From the NCBI GenBank assembly GCA_963726195.1, contig CAVSBO010000003.1, positions 192,001-256,000 on the forward strand: a stretch of DNA of 64,000 nt, read 5' to 3'. Shown in pieces: positions 18,823 through 28,649 of the stretch. Under the pieces are notes generated by a model, which worked only from the letters and a program-made list of their open reading frames with translations, did no database searches and was not told the origin of the DNA. The translations under genes and the position numbers were made by a program. Every line of letters begins with the position of its first letter. The first letter of the stretch is position 1. This stretch comes from Candidatus Thorarchaeota archaeon (GTDB taxonomy: Archaea; Asgardarchaeota; Thorarchaeia; Thorarchaeales; Thorarchaeaceae).

Positions 18823-20211
18823 CTAGCGAGGTTCAGGTCTTGCTGACAGGCTTTTCACAGCTGTGTACATGGGACTGATACGGGTTTTCCACTTTGCCAG
18901 GTCCTTGGGAGAATCGGGATACTCCGAATAGACCCTCTGGGCTTGGTTCATCAAGTCAGAGACCTTGGCCAGCTGCATCAAAAGCGGAACCTTCCCGAGC
19001 CCGGACATCAGGCGCCTCACCTTCTCTGGCTTGCTCATCTTTATGTTGCCGGTCATGCTGGCAGCAAGCAAATCGTCTGCTTTGATGATTTCTTTCTTGA
19101 AGCCGAAATTGATCTCCTCGTTCGTGATTCCAACGAGAAACCATCTGAATATGTCCAGTGAGGCTTGCTTGAGTCCGTAGCTCTCCAAATATCTTCGATT
19201 GTATGGCCACAGTCCTCTCACGGATGTGTCTCTGCTCTCAAGAGCCTCACACGCCGTGACTCCTGCGTGGACGCCTCCTAGCATAGACGAACCAATTCCG
19301 CCTCCGTGAACCGGGTTCACCTGACAAGCAGCGTCGCCGACAACCATGAAATTGTCGTCGACCATCGTATCCATCGGCCGCCGAACCGGGGCTATGCCGC
19401 CGCCAGTGTCAACCGTCTTGATCTTGGTTTTCATGAAATCCCAAGATGTCTTTACGAAGTTGTTGAAAACCTCCTGCGGTGTCTTGTGGCCCTCCAAGGT
19501 CATGAACCCGACACCCACATTCACCCTGTTCTTGCCTTGGGGGAAGACCCATGTGTAACCACCACGAGTCTGCTGCTGGTCGTAGAAAATCTCTAGGTTC
19601 TCAGGGTGATCAAAGTCATAATCGGGAGTTTCATAGATATCTCGCCAAGCGACCATCATGTCCTCCTTGGCTACTTCTCTTTCAATCATGGTGCTGTCTG
19701 GCAGTTGGCGACGCAATAGTCCACTTGCCCCTGTAGCGTCAACAACGATTCTGGCTGTGAGTTGTTTATCCGAACCGTCAGCTTCGACTGTCAAGCCGCA
19801 TGGCTTACCATCATCAAACTTGAGCTTCTTGACACGGGTTGAGGCCACTACCTCCACCCCGGCCTTCTCAGCCAACGACACGAGCCACTGTCCCATCTTG
19901 TGCCTATTGAAGGAATAGCCCTTCACAGTCGGGCCAGCCATTCGCATCCTGTGTTCGCGGTCTGGAGCGATGAGATCGATGCTTGTCACGTCGTGTTCTA
20001 TGATGTCGCGTGGCATCTTGGGAAAAGCCACCAATCGTTCCAGTTCTAACAAGTGGTGACCACCAAGTGCGTCACCACAGGTCTTGTGCCCTATCTCATC
20101 TCTCTCTTTCTTGTCTATAAGAAGCACAGAGACCCCATGCTTCGCAGCCGTGTAAGCTGTGGTTGTACCAGCCGTACCCGCGCCTGCGACGATGATGTCG
20201 TAGTCGACCAT
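18823..20211 (-). CDS. Geranylgeranyl reductase family flavoprotein
   Basis: GAGTAG, K.CGD, DATG, GYTWVFP (YxWxFP), VNVGVG, GDAACQVNPVHGGGI. Confidence 0.85.
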   Translation of the reverse strand: MVDYDIIVAGAGTAGTTTAYTAAKHGVSVLLIDKKERDEIGHKTCGDALGGHHLLELERLVAFPKMPRDIIEHDVTSIDLIAPDREHRMRMAGPTVKGYSFNRHKMGQWLVSLAEKAGVEVVASTRVKKLKFDDGKPCGLTVEADGSDKQLTARIVVDATGASGLLRRQLPDSTMIEREVAKEDMMVAWRDIYETPDYDFDHPENLEIFYDQQQTRGGYTWVFPQGKNRVNVGVGFMTLEGHKTPQEVFNNFVKTSWDFMKTKIKTVDTGGGIAPVRRPMDTMVDDNFMVVGDAACQVNPVHGGGIGSSMLGGVHAGVTACEALESRDTSVRGLWPYNRRYLESYGLKQASLDIFRWFLVGITNEEINFGFKKEIIKADDLLAASMTGNIKMSKPEKVRRLMSGLGKVPLLMQLAKVSDLMNQAQRVYSEYPDSPKDLAKWKTRISPMYTAVKSLSARPEPR

Positions 20212-20307
20212 TGCACGTAAGCACCTTGTAGGTTCTGCCATGATTCACTGCGCATCGAGACGTGAATGACGGCGTTCTCTCCGAGCTGAAATCTGTTGGG
20301 GAGGAAT

Positions 20308-21255
20308 TCATTCCCGCTTAAGGCCTTTCTGCATAGCAAAGCCCGTGAGAATCTCCTTCACGACATCCCGTGCGGCCACCGCGGTCACATCGCCCTTGTC
20401 AACCATTGGATTGAACTCCACCACGTCTGCGTATCTCACCTTTCCTGTCGAGAACACGCTTCGCAGCAGGCTGACCAGCTGGGCCATGTCAAGGCCGCCC
20501 GATTCAGGATGCCCGACTCCCGGAACAATCTCAGGGTGTAGAATGTCAAGGTCGATAGAGACGTAGAGAACTTCTGTTCTGTCTGCTATCTTCTGCGCGG
20601 CTTTCTGGAAAGAGTCGGTTGTGTGATATTGGACTCTATTGGTACCGGAGAGTTCCATTCTCTGTTCGCTAAGAGCGGACCTCACATCATATGCGAGAAC
20701 GTCTTCAACGCGGACCAAGCCGGCATCCACGATTCTCCTCAAGGATGTTGCATGGGAAAGCTGGTATCCCCCGTAATCAAGATAGAAGTCTGCATGTGCA
20801 TCGAGCCAGACGAGACCGTACTTACCTTGGCGGCCTCGCTTGAGTCCTTTCACCAATGGGTAAGTAATGAAATGGTCACCCCCAAGGAATAGCAGGAAGC
20901 TCCGACGCCGGGCAAGCTTCTGTGCTGCGTCAGATATATCGTACATCGCTGCTTCTGGCATTCTAGTAGTGACCTCAAGGTCGCCTATGTCTTCGAGGGT
21001 AAGGACCTCGGACAGGAACCTCTGTTCTGGACTTGGAGAATCGCCAATGGTGAGCGGAGTACTATGCGATCTTTCACCGGTCGTCGCACGCCGAATGGCA
21101 TCAGGACCAAAACGACACCCCGGGAGATAGCTTGAGGTCAGATCGTAGGGGACTCCCAAGACTCCCACATCGGGCTCGCCCTCTGCGGGTGCAGGGATGT
21201 GGAAGAATGACTCAGGGAGCTTCAGAAATCCGCTGAGTTCCTTCCTGAGAGACAT
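20308..21255 (-). CDS. speB: Agmatinase/arginase-family ureohydrolase
   Basis: GVPYD..SSY.PG.RFGP, GGDH, DAHAD, SIDLD, PESGG, VEFNP. Confidence 0.85.
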   Translation of the reverse strand: MSLRKELSGFLKLPESFFHIPAPAEGEPDVGVLGVPYDLTSSYLPGCRFGPDAIRRATTGERSHSTPLTIGDSPSPEQRFLSEVLTLEDIGDLEVTTRMPEAAMYDISDAAQKLARRRSFLLFLGGDHFITYPLVKGLKRGRQGKYGLVWLDAHADFYLDYGGYQLSHATSLRRIVDAGLVRVEDVLAYDVRSALSEQRMELSGTNRVQYHTTDSFQKAAQKIADRTEVLYVSIDLDILHPEIVPGVGHPESGGLDMAQLVSLLRSVFSTGKVRYADVVEFNPMVDKGDVTAVAARDVVKEILTGFAMQKGLKRE

Positions 21256-21358
21256 AATAGTTGACCCTCGACCTCAGATTCTTCATAGATTAATCATGTC
21301 ATATAGCAAAGCTGGAGTCAGTGGCCGCTCCCGGTTGCACGGAAGCAGCCTCTGAGTA

Positions 21359-22976
21359 CTACACCTGATATGTCGGAGCACTCGGTTGTCTCTTCACGAG
21401 TTTGAAGACCTGCCATACGCCTCCGAGCGCTATCAGGGCGACTATGACTCCAGACAGGGGCATGCCATCAGATATTATGCGCAACAATGCGTTCCCGATA
21501 TTGGTTGTCACCGCGAATCCATCATCCGGCGAGTACTTTGTGTAACCAGTGCTATTGAATGTGTAATGCAGAACTGCCCCTGGAAATGTGTACGTCCCTT
21601 CATTTCGGAAGGTCACGGTGTACGCAATGGATGTGGTCTCACTAGGAGCTAGTGAGGAAACGAAAGCACTCGTGGTGCCGGATACATTGAGCGTCTTGTA
21701 GTATCCCAAGAAACCTCTGTCAGTGAGATTGAGACTTGTGATCGGTGACGTACCCTTGTTGGTCACAGTGACCGTGACTTGCGTTTGCCCACCGATACCT
21801 GTCGTGGTCGGAGAAAAGACCCTCTGAACCGTAATCAGAGGAGGGAACTGTCCAGCCGTGAAATGCAGAACATAGTCGCTCTGTTCTCCGAAAGCGGTCG
21901 CGTTCCAGAGAACCAATTGAGACACGTTGTCGTAGAATGACCAGTTGACATGCTCGGGCGTGTAAGATACGATCGGAACGCTGCTGGGCATATTGGCAAC
22001 AACAATCGACATGCCCTGAGATAGTGGCTTGAATGTCGTAGCTCCAATTAGAGAACCAATGCTCAAATCTGTCGTTGTCGATGAGACAACCTGATTCCCG
22101 ATGTAGCCCACGGCTGCAACAGCAATTGGACCGGAAAGACTGGGCATCTGTGACAACGCAAAGGGGCCGACCCCACCCATGGTTGAATTGAACAATCCGA
22201 GGAGCTCAGCAATATCAGGTATAGCCACAAGAACCGCCCCAGACGCACGGGCAGATTCGAAAATCGTCTTGTTGAATGAACTGAGAAAGCCGCCTTGGTT
22301 CATCACGCTCAGAACGGCATCCACCAACGGGCCGAACGCGTTGGTCACTTGATAGATGTAAAGGTCAAGCGACGTGAACGGTAGCGTGATGTTTGGAAGT
22401 CAGGCTCTGATCAACTCTGAGCTGGAACAAGGGTGAGAAGCCGAAGCCGAACGCCGTTTGCAGATGTCCAGCGATAGCCGACATCCTCTGTGCCGAGACT
22501 TGCTGATCAAGGTTGACAAAGCCTGCAATCATGAGGTTGAACTCGGTGCCCAGATATCCCAATCAGCTGATTGGGGTTAAAGGTGCTTGTCCCTTGCATG
22601 GGTGTAAAGCTGCTGATTGAAAGGGGACCTGACGAGCCGGAGATGTTGCCGAAAAGTGTTAGCAGGTAGTTCAGCATTTGTCCGTGTACTCCAGCGAGCG
22701 CCATCACTAGGCACCCGTCATACATGTCCGAGCTGAGCTGCACTCACTAGACGGCATCCCGAGCTGAGCATAGACAACCGCGGGCACACCGTCTCGATCG
22801 ATACTGCTGTACACCAGTTCGGCTCCATTCGTAAAGAGAACCTGAATGAACTGGTCGGGATTGAATCCCTGTGCGGGTGTGTACTTCGCTCCCTGTGGAC
22901 TTGCAGCAGCCACAGGGACTATTGCCAGAAAGACTACAAGAGCAATTGTGGCAACGTGCTTGTGTATAATCCTCAT
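21359..22976 (-). CDS. Secreted, C-terminally anchored surface protein with Ig/CARDB-like domain; about 3 indels
   Basis: Signal peptide in 22707-22976, consecutive fragments 22507-22743, 22365-22562, 21359-22348; VTVTVTNKG...L.P.E....YTV Ig-like strands; C-terminal TM plus basic tail. Confidence 0.65.
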
Positions 22977-22983
22977 TTTCCAT

Positions 22984-23550
22984 TCACTCCTTCTTTCGGA
23001 TAGTCGCGCCTATGATCGCTGCAACCGTCACGACAATCAGCGGCGTTAGGAACCATACTAGTACTGGAACTAATATGGCCGCCAAGTTGATACTACCGCC
23101 ACCGCCTGAAATCAGACCGAGCAGACTACCGATGGCGGACTGAATCAAGGGAATCGAAAGGATGTAAACCAGAGACTGGCCCGGAGGTATCGGAGGGAGA
23201 GAGCCGAAGTTCAAACCGCTGGTAAAAAGCTGAAAGGCACAAAACGCCGTCATACCGAGAAAGCACAACCAAGTCAATAGGCCCACGACAAAAGCGCCAG
23301 CTTTCTTGCCGGCGATCATTCCACCTACAAGCCCTGCAACCGCCCACACAGCTACCATTGTCAGATTGCTCAGTGGGTTCACAAGTAGCGTGTTTACCAT
23401 TACCATGGTTGGCCGGACGTAATTCCCGAGTTCGGGCCCCAACCAAGCTATTAGCGTCTCGTAGCCAATAGGCAGCAAGTACCAGCTACAAATGAGTACA
23501 ATGCTGACACATGCTAACCATCCGAAGTACTTAGAGCCAAAAGCGGTGAT
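22984..23550 (-). CDS. Hypothetical membrane protein, possibly starting at ATC 23550
   Basis: Frame stays open 24 codons upstream of the called TTG and encodes another TM; GGAGGT lies 7 nt before the ATC. Confidence 0.65.
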   Translation of the reverse strand: MTAFGSKYFGWLACVSIVLICSWYLLPIGYETLIAWLGPELGNYVRPTMVMVNTLLVNPLSNLTMVAVWAVAGLVGGMIAGKKAGAFVVGLLTWLCFLGMTAFCAFQLFTSGLNFGSLPPIPPGQSLVYILSIPLIQSAIGSLLGLISGGGGSINLAAILVPVLVWFLTPLIVVTVAAIIGATIRKKE

Positions 23551-23820
23551 ATTATGGACCTCCTGCTACAACTGCACAGTCTCTGATAGCAGGGGGTTCT
23601 TCACTATTAACCGTTGTGTGGTTTTCCCCCCACTCTTGCGTCTCTCAATGATTAAATGAGAAGAGATATGGACAGTCCGCGCCCAGAGCAATGCGCTGGC
23701 CGCGGTCATGGGGGAAGACAGAGTACAGGCACGCCCGAATTCTGTTTTGTTCGACACAACAATGAGAATACCAGGTCAACAACGACCAACTGCACCAGAG
23801 AACCATACACATGGCTCGCG

Positions 23821-24331
23821 CTATGCCACTTGCGAATGCATAAGAAGAGCACAGGTCGCTCTTGCCTCACCGCTCTGTTCAGTCGCAGGTTCAGCCTTCC
23901 CAACGGGCTTCTGCTCAGCGACAATCCTTGCTTCGACAGAAAGTATTGCACCTACCCAGCCGAGGGACTGTGCAATCTGAAAAGTGAGGTTCAGAATCGG
24001 GTCGTGAGCCATCACTGACTGAACGAGACTCATCAGGAGTCCGGCAATTCCCGTGGCCACCATAACCAATACGATCTTTCGCCCTCAGCTCGACTCGATG
24101 AGTAGTCAAGACAAGCCCTCCGGCTATGACTCCGATACCGCCAAGGCACGTCAGGACAGCAAGAATGCCCATGACAATTTCGAATGTCACCACGAAGTCG
24201 GGCCCAAACAAATGGGACAAGTCGTCGACCATCGTGCCAACGACAGCTATCGTTCCACTTGCAGCTGAGGATATGAGTAGGGCGCCGCCCGCTATACAAA
24301 GGAGGAGGGACGTTCTATTATGCATCTGCAT
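23821..24331 (-). CDS. Hypothetical 4-TM membrane protein; +1 indel near 24086
   Basis: ORFs 23915-24331 and 23821-24069 join as RVEL-GRKIVLVMVATG. Confidence 0.6.
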
Positions 24332-24410
24332 CAGGCGTTCTCATCTCCTGACCTCGGGATTTAAGGCTTCTTTGACGACTATACTACAGGAACTCCCACG
24401 GTTATGACCG

Positions 24411-25367
24411 CTAGGTCGTGGCTTCCTTTTGGTAGGGCACGCCGACAGCCTTGGGTGGGATTGACCTCCTGATGACTCCTAGCGCCACAACCACAAGAAC
24501 GTAGGGAATCATCGCTATGAAATCGAGGTAGAGACCAACGCCGGGTATGTTGAGAATTTGAATTGTGTTCTGGAGACCATTTAGGAACCCGAAGAAGGTT
24601 CCTGCCAGGAGGCATCCAATTGGTGTCCAGTTTCCAAATATGAGCGCGGCTAACGCGATGAAACCACGGCCTGAGGTCATCAGCTTGCCGAAAGTGTTCA
24701 GGAAACTGATTGAAAGGTATGCACCTGCAAGTCCAGCCATGCAACCGCTAATCAATACTCCGAGCCACCGCATTCTGTCGACACTCACCCCTGCGGTGTC
24801 TAGGGTACTGGGATCCTCCCCAGCTGCCCTGAGCCTCAGCCCGAATGGAGTGTGGTAAAGAACATAATAGCAGAGCACAACCGCGACGAACATCAGGTAG
24901 ATGATTGGAGAAAGCTCGCCAAAAGCAGTGCCGAGAACAGGAATATTGCCGAGAATCGGGGTCAACGCGACGTTCGGAATAGATGGGACAGTAGGTGATA
25001 CGCCCTGTTGATTCCAGACGACTTTCAACATCACCGTTGTAAACCCTTGTGCGAAGAGTATCACACCGGTGCCACTTACAATTTGGTTTCCCTTGAATGT
25101 GACCGACACCAACGCATGCACAGATGCGAGCAAACCTCCTGCTCCCATACCAGCAAGCAGTCCAATCCAGGGGTTCAGAGTGTACCAACTAATAGCGGCA
25201 GCAGCAAACGCTCCAATCAACATCATACCTTCAAGACCAATGTTGACAACGCCGGACCTCTCCGAGAACATGCCGCCCAGAGCTGTAAGAACCAGTGGTG
25301 TTGACCACTCAAGAGTGGTTCGGATTAGCCAACCTATGAGATCAGGTGAAAGAGCAAGTTGCATCAT
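24411..25367 (-). CDS. Nucleoside/sugar ABC transporter permease (CUT2 type)
   Basis: SERSGVVNIGLEG, TPFGLRLRAAGE, GRGFIALAA; ATGA overlap with upstream permease. Confidence 0.92.
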   Translation of the reverse strand: MMQLALSPDLIGWLIRTTLEWSTPLVLTALGGMFSERSGVVNIGLEGMMLIGAFAAAAISWYTLNPWIGLLAGMGAGGLLASVHALVSVTFKGNQIVSGTGVILFAQGFTTVMLKVVWNQQGVSPTVPSIPNVALTPILGNIPVLGTAFGELSPIIYLMFVAVVLCYYVLYHTPFGLRLRAAGEDPSTLDTAGVSVDRMRWLGVLISGCMAGLAGAYLSISFLNTFGKLMTSGRGFIALAALIFGNWTPIGCLLAGTFFGFLNGLQNTIQILNIPGVGLYLDFIAMIPYVLVVVALGVIRRSIPPKAVGVPYQKEATT

Positions 25368-26851
25368 ATCTGAATTCCACCTCCTGTTGGAGTGGTATAT
25401 GTAGCCCAAACGAACGATAGAGCAATTGCGGTGCCAGCGAAGAACATGAGAATTGAAGCGGCAAAGAGTGCGCCCCCGGAGAATAGCAAGTCGACGGCAG
25501 CAGGGGCGAGCCAGGTTGTTGTCAACGCATAGTGCAAAGCAAAAACATGATGCCGACTAAACGCATACACGAAAACTGATGATATGTTGGCGATTGCCAC
25601 AAAAAGGAAACAAACACTCAAGGAGACATTGAGCATTCCGAACATAGAGTAGGCTAGTGAAAGAAGCGCGCTTCCAACTCCGAAGAACAAAGCTACAAGG
25701 TTCCACATTTTCAAACCCAGGTGCTTCTTCATCCATGCCGCGTACTTGATGCTCTTCCTAGCGAACCAATCATTAAGCTGGGGCGCCGCCACAAAGATGA
25801 CAACCAGTCCCTGAATGACACCAATCATTTCAGGAGGGACATGCGCCACTGCGTTCATCCCAGTGCTTCCGGCCCTCAGACCACCAAAGAAAAGCGCAGC
25901 CAAGAGACAACCAACAGGATGATTCCGCCCGAGAACTGCAACAGTTACTCCGTCAAACCCAAGGCCCGATGACCAGTGGTCGATGAATCGATGGTATGTA
26001 CCAAGTACCTCCTCTGAACCAGCTAGCCCAGCAAGAGCGCCGCTTAGGGCCAAGGCCAAAACCATCTTCGTGCGAGCGTTTATCCCAGCGGTCTCAGCTG
26101 CCTCCCTGTTGAATCCGACAGCTCTCATCTCATAGCCAAGCACAGTTCTATTGATTAGAAAGTAAACGGCCACAACGGCAAGGAGCGAAACGACTATTCC
26201 CAAGTGGAGCTGACCAAAGAACTTCGGTAAGATGGCTGTCGGCAATATCGGGGGTGTTCGGTTGACCGGGTTCAATTGATTTGGTTCTATCAAAGGATAG
26301 GTAGCAAGCCACGATGTGAAGAGAATCGCAGTGTAGCTTAGCATCATCGTAGTCACAACCTCGTGCGCCCCACGGTATGCCTTGAGAAAGCCTGGTATAG
26401 CGCCCCAAACGGCACCAGCCAGAGCACCGAGTGCGAGACAGACTATAGGGTGAACGAATATAGGCAAGGCAACGGCATAGCCTATGATAGCAGCCACAAT
26501 CGACCCCATGTACACTTGGCCCTCAGCCCCGATGTTGAACAAGCCGCATTTGAAGGCCAATGCGACAGAGAGTCCGGTCAATATTAGAGGAGTGGTGTAG
26601 AAGAGTGTGAGGTCAGGCTGACGCAGCATACCGCTTAGAAGCGCCGAGTAAGCCACAAGTGGATTGTAGCCCGACAAAAGCATCATGAACGCGCCGAGGA
26701 CCAAGGACATGATGATTGAGATAATTGCCCAGACAATTGGCTTCCAGAATGCCCATGTTCCCATTTGCTGCAGTGTTGTGTCAAGCCATGTTCCCAAAGA
26801 GGCTCCTGCTTCAGAGAGCTTGTTATGACCATTTTCTGATTCGCCCAACAT
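25364..26851 (-). CDS. Nucleoside/sugar ABC transporter permease with extra C-terminal TMs
   Basis: GLFNIGAEGQ, HEVVTTMML, GYEMRAVG.N, GFDGVTVA.LG. Confidence 0.92.
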   Translation of the reverse strand: MLGESENGHNKLSEAGASLGTWLDTTLQQMGTWAFWKPIVWAIISIIMSLVLGAFMMLLSGYNPLVAYSALLSGMLRQPDLTLFYTTPLILTGLSVALAFKCGLFNIGAEGQVYMGSIVAAIIGYAVALPIFVHPIVCLALGALAGAVWGAIPGFLKAYRGAHEVVTTMMLSYTAILFTSWLATYPLIEPNQLNPVNRTPPILPTAILPKFFGQLHLGIVVSLLAVVAVYFLINRTVLGYEMRAVGFNREAAETAGINARTKMVLALALSGALAGLAGSEEVLGTYHRFIDHWSSGLGFDGVTVAVLGRNHPVGCLLAALFFGGLRAGSTGMNAVAHVPPEMIGVIQGLVVIFVAAPQLNDWFARKSIKYAAWMKKHLGLKMWNLVALFFGVGSALLSLAYSMFGMLNVSLSVCFLFVAIANISSVFVYAFSRHHVFALHYALTTTWLAPAAVDLLFSGGALFAASILMFFAGTAIALSFVWATYTTPTGGGIQI

Positions 26852-28486
26852 TCATCGCTCCTGTCCTTCCGATGGGCTACTGTGACCCGCCATCAACAGT
26901 CCGAGTTCTTGAGCAGTCGTATCATGCGGTTCCTTCACGGCCACAATGTGGCCTGCGAACATAACCGCAATCCTGTCCGAGAGGCCCATGATTTCGTCTA
27001 ATTCGGTTGAAACGAGCAATATGGCAACACCAGTGCCTCTCATCGTGACAAGGGCTTTGTGAATGTACTCTGTGGCCCCAACGTCGAGCCCTCTCGTGGG
27101 TTGAGACGCAATGAGCAGCTTTGGAGCAGCAGCCAACTCACGTGCAACTATCATTTTTTGTTGGTTGCCTCCAGAGAGGGTTCCCGCAAGAGAGGAAACG
27201 GAGGCCACCTTGATGGAGTAATCCTCGACTAGAGCCTCCGCATACTCTCTTGTTCTATTCAGATCCAGCAGGCCGTCCATGGGACCCCAGGCGAAAGGCT
27301 TCTTCTGATGTCTGCCAAGCACCAAGTTCTCCTGAACAGTGAAAGGAAGAATGAGACCCTTCTTCTGCCTATCCTCAGGAATGTGACTGATCCCTGAGTC
27401 CCGAATCTTCCGAGGACTCTTGCGAGTGATATCCCTGCCATTGACGATAATGTGACCGCTTCTAGGCTTGCGGAGACCGACTATGGCTTCTACTAGTTCA
27501 GTCTGCCCATTCCCCTGAACGCCAGCGACGCCCAGAATCTCGCCCTCTCGCACTTCGAGCGACACTTCATAGACGGCTGTGAGTCCTCGCCTATCAGTCA
27601 CAACCAAATCACTCACTGACAAGACAACGGGCCCCGGTGCTCTAGGGGGTTTCTCAACAGTGAAAGAAACTGGTCGACCGACCATCATGCGGGCGAGCTC
27701 TTCTGGAGACGTCTGTTCCCTCTCGACTGTACCAACAAGCTCGCCATCACGCAGCACACTGATTCTGTCACAGAGAATCATCGGTTCGCGCAGTTTGTGT
27801 GTAATCAGAATTATGGTTTTGTGTTGATCTTTGAACTTGCCGAGTGTCACAAACAGCTCATCAACTTCTTGTGGCGTCAGAACAGAGGTCGGTTCATCTA
27901 AGATTAGTATGTCTGCCTCGCGATAGAGCGACTTGATAATTTCAGCTCTTTGCTGCAACCCTACCGACAGGTCCATGACTCGAGCTTTCGGCTCGATGTT
28001 CATTCCGTTCTCTTCCGATATCTGGAGGATTCTCTTCTCAGCTTTGGCGAAATCAATCGGGAATAGAAGACCCAGTGTTTTTCCCAACTTGTCGCCCGGA
28101 TGATACTCCGTTCCTCGGACGAAAACCCCGGTGGGTTCGAGCCCGAGCATGATGTTCTCAGCTACAGTAAGAGGAGGAATCAGTTTGAAATGCTGATGCA
28201 CCATGCCGACTCCTCTGATGATTGCATCCTGTGGAGAAGTCATCTCGACCTCTTCACCTTTGATTATGATCTCTCCGGAATCCTTGGTCAGTAGACCATA
28301 TAGGATGTTCATCAGAGTTGTCTTGCCAGCACCGTTCTCTCCTAGTAGCCCATGGACTTCGCCCCGCCTTATTCGCAGGGTCACGTCCTTGTTTGCATGA
28401 ACCCCGCCCGGAAAGGTCTTGTTTATGCCTAAGAGTTCAACTGCATATTCGGAAGATGCATTTGGACCGGCAGAGGAGACAACCAT
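26852..28486 (-). CDS. Nucleoside/sugar ABC transporter ATP-binding protein (two fused NBDs)
   Basis: GENGAGKTT, LSVG..QR, DEPT, LSGGNQQK, QPTRGLD. Confidence 0.95.
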   Translation of the reverse strand: MVVSSAGPNASSEYAVELLGINKTFPGGVHANKDVTLRIRRGEVHGLLGENGAGKTTLMNILYGLLTKDSGEIIIKGEEVEMTSPQDAIIRGVGMVHQHFKLIPPLTVAENIMLGLEPTGVFVRGTEYHPGDKLGKTLGLLFPIDFAKAEKRILQISEENGMNIEPKARVMDLSVGLQQRAEIIKSLYREADILILDEPTSVLTPQEVDELFVTLGKFKDQHKTIILITHKLREPMILCDRISVLRDGELVGTVEREQTSPEELARMMVGRPVSFTVEKPPRAPGPVVLSVSDLVVTDRRGLTAVYEVSLEVREGEILGVAGVQGNGQTELVEAIVGLRKPRSGHIIVNGRDITRKSPRKIRDSGISHIPEDRQKKGLILPFTVQENLVLGRHQKKPFAWGPMDGLLDLNRTREYAEALVEDYSIKVASVSSLAGTLSGGNQQKMIVARELAAAPKLLIASQPTRGLDVGATEYIHKALVTMRGTGVAILLVSTELDEIMGLSDRIAVMFAGHIVAVKEPHDTTAQELGLLMAGHSSPSEGQER

Positions 28487-28579
28487 GTCAACACCCGCCT
28501 TTGTTAGGAGTCGTTACGTGCGCATCAACTAGGTCTATTTAACAATAGAGGGTGAAATCCAACTATCTGTCGATCGCAA

Positions 28580-28621
28580 GAATGCAAAAGAAAACGAGGG
28601 GAGAGGGTCACTGACCCTCTC
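28580..28621 (-). terminator. Hairpin plus U-rich tract after the BMP gene
   Basis: Perfect 10-bp inverted repeat GAGAGGGTCA-C-TGACCCTCTC (28601-28621), followed on the minus strand by CCCTCGTTTTCTTTTG. Confidence 0.6.
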
Positions 28622-28649
28622 GCCAGAGAATCGCTTGTACTTGCTCCGC

